In this document: positions 1 to 11,206 of the stretch, piece after piece | How the letters are laid out: every line of letters begins with the position of its first letter | Position numbering within the stretch: position 1 is the stretch's first letter | Source of the DNA: an uncultured Phycisphaerales bacterium | Lineage (GTDB): Bacteria > Planctomycetota > Phycisphaerae > Tepidisphaerales > Tepidisphaeraceae | Assembly: GCA_963755915.1 (NCBI GenBank) | Contig: CAVWLP010000003.1 | Coordinates: 128,001 to 192,000 of the forward strand | DNA: 64,000 nucleotides | Direction of reading: 5' to 3' | Program-made: the position numbers and the translations under genes | Notes under the pieces: generated by a model | The model's input: the letters and a program-made list of their open reading frames with translations, nothing else | Told to the model about the DNA's origin: nothing | Databases searched by the model: none

Positions 1-609
1 CCCTCCTTCTCAAAACAAATGGCCGCGGAAGCAACCTCTCGCGGCATCCGTTTCCTAGGCGCTCCCGTCACCGGCTCCAAAGCCGCCGCCGCGGACGCCA
101 AACTAATCTTCTGGGTTGGCGGCGACCCCGCCGACCTCGAAAAATGTCGCCCCCTGCTCCAATCCATGGGCAGCAAAATCGTCCCCTGCGGCGGCCCCAC
201 CATGGGAACCTCTCTTAAAATGGTGATGAACCAGCTCCTCGGAACCCAACTCGCCGCCTTCGCCGAAGGATTAATCCTCGGCCAATCACTGGGCCTTTCC
301 CGCGAAGTTCTCTTCGAAGCCCTCTTCAACGGCCCCGCCGCCGCTCCCTTCGTCGCCATCAAACGCCAACGCATCGAATCCGAAAACTTTGCCCAGGCTG
401 ATTTCGCACTACGCTGGCTCCAAAAGGATTTGCACCTGGCCACCGAGAGCGCCTACGAAGTCGGCGTGGCGATGCCACTGACGAACGTCGCCAAGGAGCT
501 TTACCGCCTGGCAATTCGGGAAGGCCTCGGCGACCAGGACATCTCCGCCATTTATGGCTACCTGGCGAGGAATCGCGACGGTTCCTCTTCGACGGGAAAC
601 AGAATGTAA
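1..609 (+). CDS. NAD(P)-dependent oxidoreductase, 3-hydroxyisobutyrate/6-phosphogluconate dehydrogenase family (5' end outside window)
   Basis: FLGAPVTGSK...L.FWVGG...K.V.N motifs and the C-terminal 'F.LRWLQKDL' helix domain typical of the family. Confidence 0.85.
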   Translation, partial: PSFSKQMAAEATSRGIRFLGAPVTGSKAAAADAKLIFWVGGDPADLEKCRPLLQSMGSKIVPCGGPTMGTSLKMVMNQLLGTQLAAFAEGLILGQSLGLSREVLFEALFNGPAAAPFVAIKRQRIESENFAQADFALRWLQKDLHLATESAYEVGVAMPLTNVAKELYRLAIREGLGDQDISAIYGYLARNRDGSSSTGNRM

Positions 610-772
610 CTTGTTTCATTCACGCATAGTGCTCTTAACCTCGCAATTCTGCGGGCGAATTCCATTTTCTGTTTGCGAAAGAGAAAAGATTTGATACCAT
701 CTGTTTCAGGCTGTTACATATCACTTCCGCAAATCTGAATCGCGTTTTCGGCATCTGGCGCTGGAGGAAATT

Positions 773-1726
773 ATGGCGAAGTCCAGGTCGGGCGAGAAAC
801 ATCCGATCGCCGCCCATGCAGTCCTGTTGCCCCCGGCGTTCACCCTGGTCGAGTTGCTCGTCGTCATTGGAATAATTGCCATTCTTCTCGGCATCCTTCT
901 ACCCGCTCTCGGCAAAGCGAGAGCTCAAGCGAATCTCGTTGCCTGTCAATCTCACTTACGCTCCATCGGCCAGGCAATTCAGTTGTACATCGATGACAAC
1001 CAGGGAACGCTCCCCTATGGCCACTGGAGCGGCCTTTCCCGGGGCCAGGGAGGTTATGGCCCCCTTCAGGGAGATTGGAGCACCCTCCTGGTTAATGAGC
1101 TCAATTCCCACTATGGCACCAGCTATCAACAACAGGCCGTCTACAACGGTGGTATGGATGTCTTCAACCGCGGAATCTTCCGCGATGTCGATACCGTGGA
1201 CGGAGACGCCCCCCTTCACTATTCCTGCCATCCCCGGCTCATGCCCGATATCAGCTCCAAAAATCCCGCCGACAACCTCTACGATCTCTATCCCTACAAA
1301 TTCGGCCGAATCAAACGCTCCACCGAAATGGTCATCGTCATGGATGGAAGCCAGTGGCAAACCTCCGTTGCGGGCGACAACAACTGGTGGGGCGTTCAGT
1401 ATACTGCCTGGGCCTTGGACAATTGGCGATGGGGTGAATTCGCAAACAACTACAGCTCGGCGCCCCTTGACTACCTACAGTCAGCCAGTCCCAACGCGGA
1501 CAACGGCTCGCAGGTCAACATTGGTCCGAATCAGGACACCGCCAATAACATCGGATATCTCTGGTGGAACTGCACGAACGGTCAGGTCCGCTTCCGTCAT
1601 GTGAACAACACCGCCGGCAATTTCCTTTTTTGTGACGGCCACGTGGAGGCGTTCCACGTCGGCAAACAAACTTCGCCCGGATATTTTAGTTGTGATCTTC
1701 TTGGCAAGAACGTGAATGTGGATTAG
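773..1726 (+). CDS. DUF1559 / prepilin-type N-terminal cleavage-methylation protein with H-X9-DG motif
   Basis: [25 protein letters not shown]...C.SHLRSIG N-terminus; C-terminal RFRH...[18 protein letters not shown]. Confidence 0.92.
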   Translation: MAKSRSGEKHPIAAHAVLLPPAFTLVELLVVIGIIAILLGILLPALGKARAQANLVACQSHLRSIGQAIQLYIDDNQGTLPYGHWSGLSRGQGGYGPLQGDWSTLLVNELNSHYGTSYQQQAVYNGGMDVFNRGIFRDVDTVDGDAPLHYSCHPRLMPDISSKNPADNLYDLYPYKFGRIKRSTEMVIVMDGSQWQTSVAGDNNWWGVQYTAWALDNWRWGEFANNYSSAPLDYLQSASPNADNGSQVNIGPNQDTANNIGYLWWNCTNGQVRFRHVNNTAGNFLFCDGHVEAFHVGKQTSPGYFSCDLLGKNVNVD

Positions 1727-1746
1727 TAAGGATTCAGGAGGAATAA

Positions 1747-2835
1747 GTGGCCACAATTCGCAAAGTCGCCAGCGACGCAGACGTTTCAATCGCAACCGTT
1801 TCGCGGGTTCTAAACAGCAGCGGCGCGGTCAGCCATGATATACGTCAGCGCGTCCTGCACGCGGCCAATCGTCTGGGCTATGGTATTCCGCGCCGCACGG
1901 CGGGCAGTTTCGTCGCCCTCGCCTACACCGGCCGCAGTTCACTGACGTCCCCTTACGATACGGCACTGCTCGACGGCATGTCGGAGGCCGCCAGCGAATC
2001 CCCTTCTGTCGACCTTGCCATCGTTCGCCTGCAAATCGACCGCCAGACCGGCGAATCCTACGCCCAAATGCTCCGCCGCAAGGGAATCAAAGCTGCCGTG
2101 CTCCGTACGAACGCTGAAACCAGATCCATCTGCGCCGAGCTGACGAAAGACGCGTTTCGGTGCCTCGTAGTCGGCGACCGTTTTTCCGATCAGGCCGTCA
2201 GCTTTATCTGCTCCGATTCTCGTCCCACCAGTTATCAGGCCGTCGAGCATCTGATTTCTCTAGGCCATCGACGCATTGCCATTGCTGTCAGCCACATTCC
2301 CGACAGCGATCACATCGATCGTCTCGCCAGCTACCAGCAGGCCATGCGAGATCACGATCTGGAAATCGATCCAAAGCTCGTCTTGCACGTCTGGGCCATG
2401 CGCCCCAACGGCGCCCAGGTCTTGCGCTCAATCATGAGCACGGCCGCTCGCCCTACCGCCATCTTTGTCGCGGATCCGCTTGTGGCCGTGGGCCTGATTA
2501 ACCAGGCCCATGTCATGGGCGTGCGAATTCCCGAAGATATTTCCGTGATTGGCTTCGACGACGCCGACGCTCGCCACAATGTCTTTCCCGAGATGTCCGC
2601 GGTCTGCCAGGACGCACGACAGATGGGCTACGAAGCGATGACCGCCCTGACACAGATGATTCTCGACGATCGCAGCCAGCAGGTCCAAAAAATGATGCCA
2701 ACCTGGCTCGAATTGCACGGCACCACCGCCCAGCCCCCTTCCGATCCCGTCCGCATTCTCCCCGGCGGAACCCGCATCTCCGCCGCCGGCTCGCTCGTCG
2801 CACACACCGCGCCAAGTGAATCATCCGCGGATTAA
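1747..2835 (+). CDS. LacI-family transcriptional regulator
   Basis: TIRKVASDADVSIATVSRVLN HTH; HLISLGHRRIA and IPEDISVIGFDD effector-domain motifs. Confidence 0.93.
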   Translation: MATIRKVASDADVSIATVSRVLNSSGAVSHDIRQRVLHAANRLGYGIPRRTAGSFVALAYTGRSSLTSPYDTALLDGMSEAASESPSVDLAIVRLQIDRQTGESYAQMLRRKGIKAAVLRTNAETRSICAELTKDAFRCLVVGDRFSDQAVSFICSDSRPTSYQAVEHLISLGHRRIAIAVSHIPDSDHIDRLASYQQAMRDHDLEIDPKLVLHVWAMRPNGAQVLRSIMSTAARPTAIFVADPLVAVGLINQAHVMGVRIPEDISVIGFDDADARHNVFPEMSAVCQDARQMGYEAMTALTQMILDDRSQQVQKMMPTWLELHGTTAQPPSDPVRILPGGTRISAAGSLVAHTAPSESSAD

Positions 2836-3074
2836 AGCTGGAGGACCGCGGTGAAGCCGAAGCGGGGGCCAAGCGGGAGCTTCAGCCTTCCGATTGGGTG
2901 CTTCAGTGCTGCTCCGTCGTCCATGTCAAAGGCGGGACGGCCTCGTCAACAGAACCGATTTCGAGGACCTCGCCGCCAACGTCGATAAAATCGCCGGTGG
3001 CGGCACGCACCCCATCCAGTGGGATATATTGAATCCAACAGTAGCGACTGCGCTGGAGTTGACTTCATCATGCT

Positions 3075-3821
3075 CTAATACTGATCCCGGCGGGCGGAAA
3101 TGGCCGCCGCGACGCGCCCAAACGTGTCGGCGCCGGAAGTGTATCTGCGAAATTTCATGTGACCGATAAAGATCGCGACGCCCATGAGAATGCCAATCCC
3201 CAGAAACAGCCATTTGCCCAGCTCTTGATTGCCCGCCGTGTGGTTGGCCGGAATGAAGTACCCGTCAGGAAAACTGTAGCCCATCGCGGCGTCACCCGGT
3301 TTGGCGACGGCGTAAATGGCGGCGGGTACGTCTTGAACGATTTCATCGCCGGTTGTCCGATAGCAATGCAAATCGGCTGTCGGCGAAGAGACGTCGAACC
3401 GGGCGACCATAAAGGTCTGCGGCAATACCTTATTCTTGGCGATCTGTTTTCGCTTGGCCGCCAGGGCGCGGTTGTCCGCACGCGAGCGCATCGGCGGAGG
3501 ATCTCCCGGAATGAGATAGCCGCTGGGGAATTGATAGGCGGTCACCTCGTCACCGGGCCGGATAGCGGAGAGGAAACTTTCGGCGATGGTGATCGTGACC
3601 GCTGGCCCACTGATCGTCCGATAGACCACGTTGTGAAAGTGGCCGATCGTGTATTTCCGCACGACGAGCAGCGTCTGGCCCGCCACCTGCCCGGTTTGAA
3701 TTTGCCCCATCTTCTCCCGATAAAGACTCTGAGACGCGCTGGCTTTAACGAAGACGAAAACACCCGCTGCCACAAACACGCTTGCCATGGCGAGGCCGGA
3801 GATGAAACGGATGATCGACAT
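3075..3821 (-). CDS. Hypothetical membrane protein with an internal duplicated domain
   Basis: N- and C-terminal hydrophobic segments; repeated PGD...Y.FP.GY.IP motif. Confidence 0.6.
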   Translation of the reverse strand: MSIIRFISGLAMASVFVAAGVFVFVKASASQSLYREKMGQIQTGQVAGQTLLVVRKYTIGHFHNVVYRTISGPAVTITIAESFLSAIRPGDEVTAYQFPSGYLIPGDPPPMRSRADNRALAAKRKQIAKNKVLPQTFMVARFDVSSPTADLHCYRTTGDEIVQDVPAAIYAVAKPGDAAMGYSFPDGYFIPANHTAGNQELGKWLFLGIGILMGVAIFIGHMKFRRYTSGADTFGRVAAAISARRDQY

Positions 3822-3938
3822 ACGGTTGGAATGAAAATATACCCGAACAGATATAGGCAGCGGCGATTACAAAACGTGGGCGGTTTTTGAAACCCCGTGC
3901 CCCAGAGGTTGAGCTTTGGCTCACCGAGAGTACCACGG

Positions 3939-5851
3939 CTACCGGACCGCCGGCGCCGCCGCCTGCGCTTGCTCCGCTCGCGCAAACCCTCCAGCGGAAG
4001 GATTTCCAAATCCCGAATGGCAGGCCAGCACAGGTACTCGGCGTCCGTAACCGTGATGCGCAGATATCGCGCTCCGCGAGCCACAAAATTGTGCAGCGGC
4101 ATGCGCACCGCGGCCGTGCTCTTCGTCATGTCAACCGCCATCGTCCAATGCTCGTCATCCGCGGAAGTCTCGATTTTGTACTGATGATAAAAGCCGGCGG
4201 CGTCCCACAGAATTCGGCACGCTCCGATATCAACCGGTTTTCCCATGTCGACCTTGATCGAATGTCCCGGTGTCGCGTCGTCGATGCTCCACGCCGTGGA
4301 GATATCTCCATCCACCGCCTTGGTGCAGTCGGTATTCGGCTGCCAGCTATCGGCCGAGGCTGGTTTTCCGCGGGCGATATCGACACCGTTGCTGAAGACC
4401 CTGCATTCGGCAAAACCGGGCCAGTCGTAGCCGCTGGGCGTGGCGAGAATGGTCACCCGGACGTAGCGCACGCCGTCGGTGGAGAAAAAGTCATCCGCCG
4501 CCGGAAGCGGTGCATTCCTACCGGAGGCTCCACGTTTGCCCACGGCATTGACCTTTCGCGTCCAGTGCTGACCGTCCGGCGAGACGTCGATGGCGTAATG
4601 ATAAGCCCCGTTTCGCCGATGCCAGATGATCTGCGTGCCGGAGATATGGGTGGGCGCGCCCAGATCGACTTGCCACCAATGCCCCGGGAGATTGTCGCGG
4701 GCGCACCACCAGGTCGTAAGGTCGCCGTCGTTGGCGTTGGACGGCTCGCAGCCAGCGAGATGCGAAAAGTTCGTCTCGTCCATCTCGCCGTTAAAGTTAT
4801 AGTCCGAGCTCACCACCGCGCCGCGGGCAAGGTCGCCCGGCAACCGCGCGAATTCCGCGGGATAAGTGGCTTGCCCGCTCGCTGCATCAATCGACCAACT
4901 GTCCGCCCAACGCATCGGTTTGATCGCCCCGTCGGCCGTGAATTGCAGCGGCAACCAGACGTGGCGCATCGGTTCCACCTGCCATCGATCCCCGCAATAA
5001 ATGTAGGACGTGGTCGCCGTCCCCTGCACCGTCAGGATAAACGCCGCTTGTGAGTCGAACGTCGTGCAGGTGTCCTGACCGCACAGCGGCTTCATTTCCG
5101 ACCACGGCCCGCTCATCGACGTTGCCGTCGAATAGTAGTTGAGGTTCGGGTAAGTCCCCGTACAAAAAGACGTCACCAGATAATAAATCCCCTTCCGTTT
5201 GAAGACGCAGGGCGCTTCCCGATAGCGCCCTCGAAACAGGACGCCGATCTGCGATTTCACTTTGAGATAATCGTCGCTGAGCAGGTAGACCATCATGTCC
5301 GCATTCTCATTGGAGCTGGAGATGAAATAGGCACGGCCGTCGTCGTCCTTGAACAGGGTGGAATCCCGGGACATGTTTCCGTTGGGCCGAAAGCTGCCGT
5401 GCCAGGTGTAGTTTCCATCGACGGTATCGCAGGAAGCGACCGCGCATTGGGCATCCGCGTAGCCCATTAGACTTTCGCGGTGGACCCAGAGCACGAACTG
5501 ATGGGTTTTGTCGTTGTACACGACCTTGGGGCGCTCCAGGTGCGACCGCGCCACCGCCGGATCCGTCCCCGGCGTTATAACATACTTGTCAAACTTCCAG
5601 TGCAGCAAATCTTTCGACGTGTAGCAGGAGATCTTTTGCACTCGGAATCCCAGGCGCGATTCGCCGAACCAGTAGAACGTGTCGCCCACTTTGAGAATGT
5701 CGCCGCAATGGGCGTCGATGTGCTTCCCGTCGGCCGCCGGCCAGATCTGCGCCGGCGTAATCGTCACGGGCTCGGCGTTTGCCCGAGTTCCCAGCACTAC
5801 AACCGCCAAAGCGATGAATAATAATTTCATGGATGTGCACGGTTTAGCCAT
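3939..5851 (-). CDS. Secreted GH43-family glycoside hydrolase with two F5/8 type C (discoidin/CBM32-like) domains
   Basis: Signal peptide; HIDAHCGDILK.GDTFYWFGE, ERPKVVYN, SRDSTLFKDDDG and REAP motifs; WWQVDLG discoidin motif. True stop probably ~3939 after a frameshift near 3990. Confidence 0.85.
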
Positions 5852-5975
5852 TTTACGCGGCGGTTAAAGTTCACGCGTTATGACTGCTCATGGATTACGA
5901 GCTATCCATGCTTCTCGAGGGTTTGGTACGGAACAGAATCATATCCTAACTGCTAAATCTCCGTCATACCAAACA

Positions 5976-6017
5976 TTCCCGGCGGGGCTCGAACCCGCAA
6001 CCTTCGGTTCCGGAGGC
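5976..6017 (-). repeat. Displaced 3' half of tRNA-Arg(CCG) (att site copy 3)
   Basis: 42 bp matching 25317-25358 with 2 substitutions. Confidence 0.9.
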
Positions 6018-6049
6018 GAAGACCGGTAAAACCGGGTAAACCTGCACTT

Positions 6050-6078
6050 TCGACACGAATCCAATGCGATTATATAAT
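6050..6078 (+). promoter_or_regulatory. Sigma70-type promoter (TCGACA-17-TATAAT), probably giving a leaderless vapB transcript
   Basis: -10 hexamer ends 6 nt before ATG 6085; no Shine-Dalgarno present. Confidence 0.55.
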
Positions 6079-6084
6079 CCCGGC

Positions 6085-6351
6085 ATGGGAAAGGTCCTCG
6101 AAAAAGAACGAGCACGCGCTTTATCGAAACGGCGGCTCAATCATCTCGAAAATGAGCGGCGCAAGCTGACGGCACGGATGCAAAAACTCGATGCTCAACT
6201 GGCTAAGCTTGGAAAGTCGCGCCAGTCTGGCCGGCTCCCAACACCGCGGGATCTAGAGCATTGGTTCGATGAATTGGGCCAGGGCATGCCGCCAGTTTCT
6301 CCCCTCCCAGCCGGTTTTTCGCGGGCTGATATCTACGATGATCACGATTGA
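6085..6351 (+). CDS. Putative antitoxin (VapB-like)
   Basis: Small coiled-coil protein ending FSRADIYDDHD; its TGA overlaps the ATG of the PIN toxin. Confidence 0.7.
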   Translation: MGKVLEKERARALSKRRLNHLENERRKLTARMQKLDAQLAKLGKSRQSGRLPTPRDLEHWFDELGQGMPPVSPLPAGFSRADIYDDHD

Positions 6352-6813
6352 TGCGATACTTGCTCGACACCGGCATCCTCATCCGAATTCCGCATCGCTC
6401 CGATCCCTTGAACACGGATATTCGCAATGCGATCCGCCGGCTCGCACTCGACGGAAATACATTTGTCACCACCAGGCAAAAACGTCGCTGAATATTGGAA
6501 TGTTTGCACTCGCCCGGCATCTTCTCGCGGTGGCTATGGGCTAACCACGGACGACACCGCCCGACGCTTGCGAATTCTGGAACGATTCGTCACAGTCCTT
6601 GATGAGCCGAAATCAGCGTACGCGCATTGGAAAGCCCTTGTCCAGAAGCACAAAGTTCTCGGGCGACAAGTCCACGACTGCCGAATTGTTGCAGTCATGA
6701 TTGCCTGCCGAACCAATCACATCCTGACACTAAATGACGCCGACTTCGCAAGGTATTCGCCGCAAGTTATAGCGGTCCCGCCCACCGCGGTTTTATCGGC
6801 GAAACATTCGTAG
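6351..6813 (+). CDS. PIN-domain toxin (VapC family), frameshift at the A-run ~6478-6482
   Basis: MRYLLDTGILIR...(fs)NVAEYWNVCTRP...QVHDCRIVAVM...ILTLNDADF contains the PIN acidic residues. Confidence 0.85.
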
Positions 6814-6850
6814 CAGGCGGCCGCGAGGCAGGAAAAGCCGTGACGCCCAT

Positions 6851-8296
6851 TCACGGCGACACATACGCTTCCGTCTGTGCCACTTTGATTCGCTGGCCCG
6901 GATGCAGCGATGCATTCTCGTCGACCCCGTTCATAACGGCAGTCATCTTCAAATCCCACTGATTGTCCATTCGTCGCGACACGTCTGCGAGGGTTTCGCC
7001 GGGCAGGGCTTCTGCAATTCGCAATCGCGTCACCTTGATCGAGGCTCGCTCCGCGGGCGTGAGATCGTGAAAGCTGTTGACGACGCCGCGGACGGCCGTG
7101 AGATTGCTCGACGTGGCGATGGCGAGAAGTCGATATGTCACGCCGCCATGCTCCAGCCACGTGATCTCCGCGTAGTCGACGGTTCCGCCATCCTCCTCTG
7201 TCAGCGTGACGCGCCGGGCGGGAAGATCGCCGATCGTTACTGATTCCACCGCGGGCGCCGTCACGTTATCGCGAGCCAACTCGGCGACGAACTGCTGGGC
7301 CGCCTGGTCGGGGCTGCTGACGCCAGATGGACGGTCGAGCAACACCGCCGCATCCTGATTCGGCGAGACGGTGACGACTTCGACCGGCATGTTTACGTCC
7401 GACCACCGGGGCGGGGCGCTGAATGCGACGCCCAGTGTCGGGTCCATAAAAACGTCGCCGATAAAGATGCCCGCCGCCGGGTCGTCGCCAAGCACAAGCC
7501 CATCGAGCATCTCCACGTATGCGTCGCGATCGTGCGGCAAAGGCGGCGGTATGATCGTCGCCACAAGCTCATCGGCGCACCATCGGGTGGCGGCCACCCG
7601 CTCCGGCGTCTGAGGATGCGTCTGGAATATGCTCGGAATGCGCTGGTCCCGCGGGTTGCTGATAAGCAATTCGTATTGACCGAGCCGTTCGAGAAGCCAC
7701 GACATCGCATGCGGATCGAATCCGGCCCGGGCCGCCAGCTCCTGCCCGATCCGATCGGCCATGCGCTCCTGATCGCGGCTATATCCTGCCAGAAACAGCC
7801 CGCCCACACCCTGCGCCGGCGCGGCCAGAATATCCCCCGCCAATGGCGAGATCGTCCCAACCAACGCCCCCGGAAGCGCGAAAATCCCCGGCACCTCCGC
7901 CGCTTCCAGCCGCTGCGCCGCGTGCCGCTTGATCACGTGGGTCGTTTCGTGGCCGAGCACGCACGCCAGCTCATCCGGCGACTCCGTCAACGCCAGCAAC
8001 CCGCGCGTCACATAAACGTAACCACCGGGAAGCGAAAAAGCGTTCGGCACCGGCTGGTCGATAATGTGAAACTCAAAATCATACTGCCGATCGGGCACCT
8101 GATTGACGACCTGCTGGCCGATGTCGTTCACGTAGGCGGTAAGTTTCGAATCGTTATAGAGCCCATCCTCTAATTCCAGTTCCTTCGATGCCTCCGCGCC
8201 GACCTTCCGGTCCCACTCGGGCGAATGCGCGCAGCCACAGGTGACGGCCGCGAGCAATGCACAAAAGAACCCCAACCTCAGCAAGGATCGATTCAT
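6851..8296 (-). CDS. M48-family zinc metalloprotease (probable lipoprotein) with C-terminal LysM-like domain
   Basis: PNAFSLPGGYVYVTRGLL, HETTH zinc motif, YSRDQE.AD, THP; C-terminal GETLADVS...LHPGQRIKV. Confidence 0.88.
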   Translation of the reverse strand: MNRSLLRLGFFCALLAAVTCGCAHSPEWDRKVGAEASKELELEDGLYNDSKLTAYVNDIGQQVVNQVPDRQYDFEFHIIDQPVPNAFSLPGGYVYVTRGLLALTESPDELACVLGHETTHVIKRHAAQRLEAAEVPGIFALPGALVGTISPLAGDILAAPAQGVGGLFLAGYSRDQERMADRIGQELAARAGFDPHAMSWLLERLGQYELLISNPRDQRIPSIFQTHPQTPERVAATRWCADELVATIIPPPLPHDRDAYVEMLDGLVLGDDPAAGIFIGDVFMDPTLGVAFSAPPRWSDVNMPVEVVTVSPNQDAAVLLDRPSGVSSPDQAAQQFVAELARDNVTAPAVESVTIGDLPARRVTLTEEDGGTVDYAEITWLEHGGVTYRLLAIATSSNLTAVRGVVNSFHDLTPAERASIKVTRLRIAEALPGETLADVSRRMDNQWDLKMTAVMNGVDENASLHPGQRIKVAQTEAYVSP

Positions 8297-8498
8297 AGTT
8301 TTCACCCGATGGTGAATTTCAATCGACACATCTCTAGCCCGCGATTCGCCAAAAGTTTAAACGAGAATGGCATCGCGGTCACTACTCATGCTTGACCGCG
8401 GCGACTGCCCGTTTGCACAGGCGGAGAATGCTTTGTTAGCTGCGGAATGCCGCACGAAGGGTTCGTTCGTGCTGTGCTAAGACCTTGTCGTACCCAAT

Positions 8499-8540
8499 GT
8501 TCCCGGCGGGGCTCGAACCCGCAACTTCGGCTCCGGAGGC
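8499..8540 (-). repeat. Displaced 3' half of tRNA-Arg(CCG) (att site copy 2)
   Basis: Matches 25316-25358 with 1 substitution and a 1-nt deletion. Confidence 0.9.
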
Positions 8541-8776
8541 GAACGGAGAACATTGCGAGACGTTATTGGAAACGTCGTGAGACGCTCGATTTAGAGGCGA
8601 ACCAGCAAACCAAACATCTGCTTTGACTGTCCCAATTTTAGATGGTTTGCGTTTGTTTTGCCAAACTTAACTGCCGTCCTCTGCCCACGATCTTCCAGAA
8701 TGATCTGCGATTCGAAAAGTGGCCGGCTGCCAACTCAATCGTACTGATATCGGAGGAAAGCGATGGCACATGGTCT

Positions 8777-9868
8777 TTACCCGCCAGGCGGAGGGGCGGT
8801 CGTTTGCCCGAGATCCAGGGTCGGCTCGACTTCAATATGCGGCACAGCACCGGGCCCTGCCGCATTTGCTGTCCGACGTGCTCTGTCGCGTGCAGCGGAA
8901 TCCCACAGCAAGGTCGCTGCCACACTGCCGATTTTCTCTGGATGCTGATTGATCCGGGTGAACTTCGGCCACAGGGCGAAATCAAAGTGAAATTGTCCAA
9001 ATCCCACGATTGAAAGATCATTGGGGATTTGAATTCGCGCATTTTGAGCAACCTGCCAAACGCTTACCGCCAGCTGCTCGGTTGCCGCAACCACCGCCGT
9101 CACTTGCTGAAGATCATGATCCAGCCGAGCGAGCGAGGGACTGTCGCCTTTACCGATTTCCTTCAGGAACATCACCTCCAGTCCGCGCGCGGCCATTCCT
9201 TGCACGAAGGCCTCACGGCGTTCGACGACCCAGTTACCAGGGGTTGCGAAACCAAGGTAGCCCACTCGTTTATGCCCCAGCTGCATGAGATGATCGAGAG
9301 CCGCAGCCATTGCCTTGGGCTCGGGCGTTCGCACGTTGACAGCGTTTGCGGCATCGGGCAACTCGAAATCGAGCGTGACCACCGGCATCTGTTTGGAGCA
9401 GACGCTGGAGAGGTAGTGGATAGCGGCGCGATCAGCGAGCGGCCAGCAGACGATACCTTCAACGCGCAGTCCCATGAGGTTGCGAAGCAGCTCCAGTTCC
9501 GTAACGGTGCTGGCACCGTCGTAGTCGGGTTGCAAAACCAGGGGTAACAGGTCGTGCGCAAGCAGTTGCACTTGCAGACTGATCATAAGCCGTTGCCAGT
9601 GCTCTCCACTGGGAATCATGATCAGGCCAGCCATCCCAGTGCGGCCGGTTTGAATTCCGCGGACGAGGCGATTGGGAGCCCACCCCAATTCATTGGCGAC
9701 TCGAATAATCTTGTCGCGTGTAGCCTGGCTGTAGCGATCCGCCCGCCGTCCCCGGAGTACCTGCGATACCGTTGCCAGCGAGACGTTCCCTCGCTCGGCA
9801 ATATCCTTCATGCGTACGAGGGTCTTTCCACGCGGGTCTAAAGCAGGTTGCGATCGCGCCATTGTCAA
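8777..9868 (-). CDS. LacI-family transcriptional regulator
   Basis: MKDIAERGNVSLATVSQVL HTH; HLMQLGHKRVG and IPNDLSIVGF motifs. Confidence 0.92.
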   Translation of the reverse strand: MTMARSQPALDPRGKTLVRMKDIAERGNVSLATVSQVLRGRRADRYSQATRDKIIRVANELGWAPNRLVRGIQTGRTGMAGLIMIPSGEHWQRLMISLQVQLLAHDLLPLVLQPDYDGASTVTELELLRNLMGLRVEGIVCWPLADRAAIHYLSSVCSKQMPVVTLDFELPDAANAVNVRTPEPKAMAAALDHLMQLGHKRVGYLGFATPGNWVVERREAFVQGMAARGLEVMFLKEIGKGDSPSLARLDHDLQQVTAVVAATEQLAVSVWQVAQNARIQIPNDLSIVGFGQFHFDFALWPKFTRINQHPEKIGSVAATLLWDSAARDRARRTANAAGPGAVPHIEVEPTLDLGQTTAPPPGG

Positions 9869-9919
9869 ACCACCTCATTTATCACGAGCCGACCCCGTCG
9901 GATGGTCAGAATATATAGC

Positions 9920-10018
9920 TGGGCAATCGTAATTGCCAGCCTTTTTATTGCATTCTAAGTACTTAGAATGCCGGTTTTTCCTTGACACATCCCGAGCGAT
10001 CCGGTAACAATATACCGG
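9920..10018. promoter_or_regulatory. Divergent promoter region with candidate operators
   Basis: TTGACA at 9982-9987; inverted repeats GGCAAT-CGTA-ATTGCC (~9922-9938) and CCGGTA-N6-TACCGG (10001-10018). Confidence 0.4.
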
Positions 10019-10162
10019 TTGCTGTGCCGGAGCGCATCAACACCTCCGGCAGCGATCGGGCGGTGAGCTGAAAAACACCTCCGACGGCTTGTCTCCGCGA
10101 GCCGACATCGAAATGCGATTGATTAGCGGTTGGCGGAACCGCTTCAAGCAAAGGGAGATCCG

Positions 10163-11178
10163 ATGTCCAGAAAGCCCCTGCCGCGCGGCTTCACATTGGT
10201 TGAGTTGCTCGTTGTCATCGGTATTATCGCCTTGTTGATCTCCATGCTCCTACCCGCACTGAACCGGGCCAGGGAACAGTCCAGTCTGATTGAATGCGAA
10301 TCGAACCTGAAGCAAATCGGGCAGCTCTGCGCAATTTACGAAACCGAGAATCAGGAATATCTGCCATACAGCTATGGCCAGATTCAGTATAGCACCACCA
10401 GCCCGTACTCTTACGGTTGGTGGAACACAACAACCTGGACTTGGACTGACTCCCTGCAGCTCTTGACCAACAGCCGCACCCAGGACAAGGGCGGAACCTG
10501 GCAAGAAAATGCTTCTTCGTGGGATGGCCCCAACCTGCAAATGATGGCATACGACTTTTCCGGTGTCTTCCACGACACCGACAACAGCATGCCTAAGGAA
10601 GATAGATGCTGTGACTACACCGCTAACATGCGCACCTTTCCTAACGTCACCTACATCGACCTCTATTCGCAATCATCAACCGGCCCGGCTACTGGCTATT
10701 TTCCCCTACGAAAATCAGCTCAATCCAGCGCTCTTCCCAGGTCATGGGAATCTGGTGCGGGAGTCTGAACCTTTCCGATGGCGTTGGCGACCAGGGCGCG
10801 GACATTTGCGACGACCAGCTGGACGATTCGGCCGTCTACAGTTTCGGTTATTGCTCGTGCTACCCCCAATGGCCCATCCATGCCGCCTCTTGGTACAGTC
10901 CTGTTCTCTACACCCAACCCGTAGCGCTCGGCGTTAATGGCAGTTATTGGTCTGGCAACAGCAACGTGACGATGTCGGTTCTCAAATCCGAGAACGTCGA
11001 TTTTGTCAACCCCTCATTAACATACAACCCTTTTTGCAACATGCGGTTTCGCCATATGGGGAATACCACCTGTAATTTTCTGTTTCTGGATGGTCATGTT
11101 GAATCCCGCGCACTCGGTCAGGTTCGGGCAATGGATGTATCCATGAATCCTTCGAACCTGTTTGCCAAGACGCCATAG
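10163..11178 (+). CDS. DUF1559 / prepilin-type protein with H-X9-DG motif (frameshift ~10713)
   Basis: [26 protein letters not shown]...C.SNLKQIG; second frame ends [20 protein letters not shown]. Confidence 0.9.
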
Positions 11179-11206
11179 ACCGTTTTCCATTCGGCGGAGA
11201 TCCATC

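Noticed and set aside
3542-3990. Poly-Arg C-terminal extension of the GH43 overlapping the next gene
   Set aside because: An out-of-frame read after a probable indel; another frame gives an ordinary Ala-rich end with a stop at ~3939.
8690-8735. Possible third 'DL...WP' peptide remnant (NDLRFEKWPAA) inside att copy 2
   Set aside because: The spacing does not match the motif and the similarity is too short to distinguish from chance.
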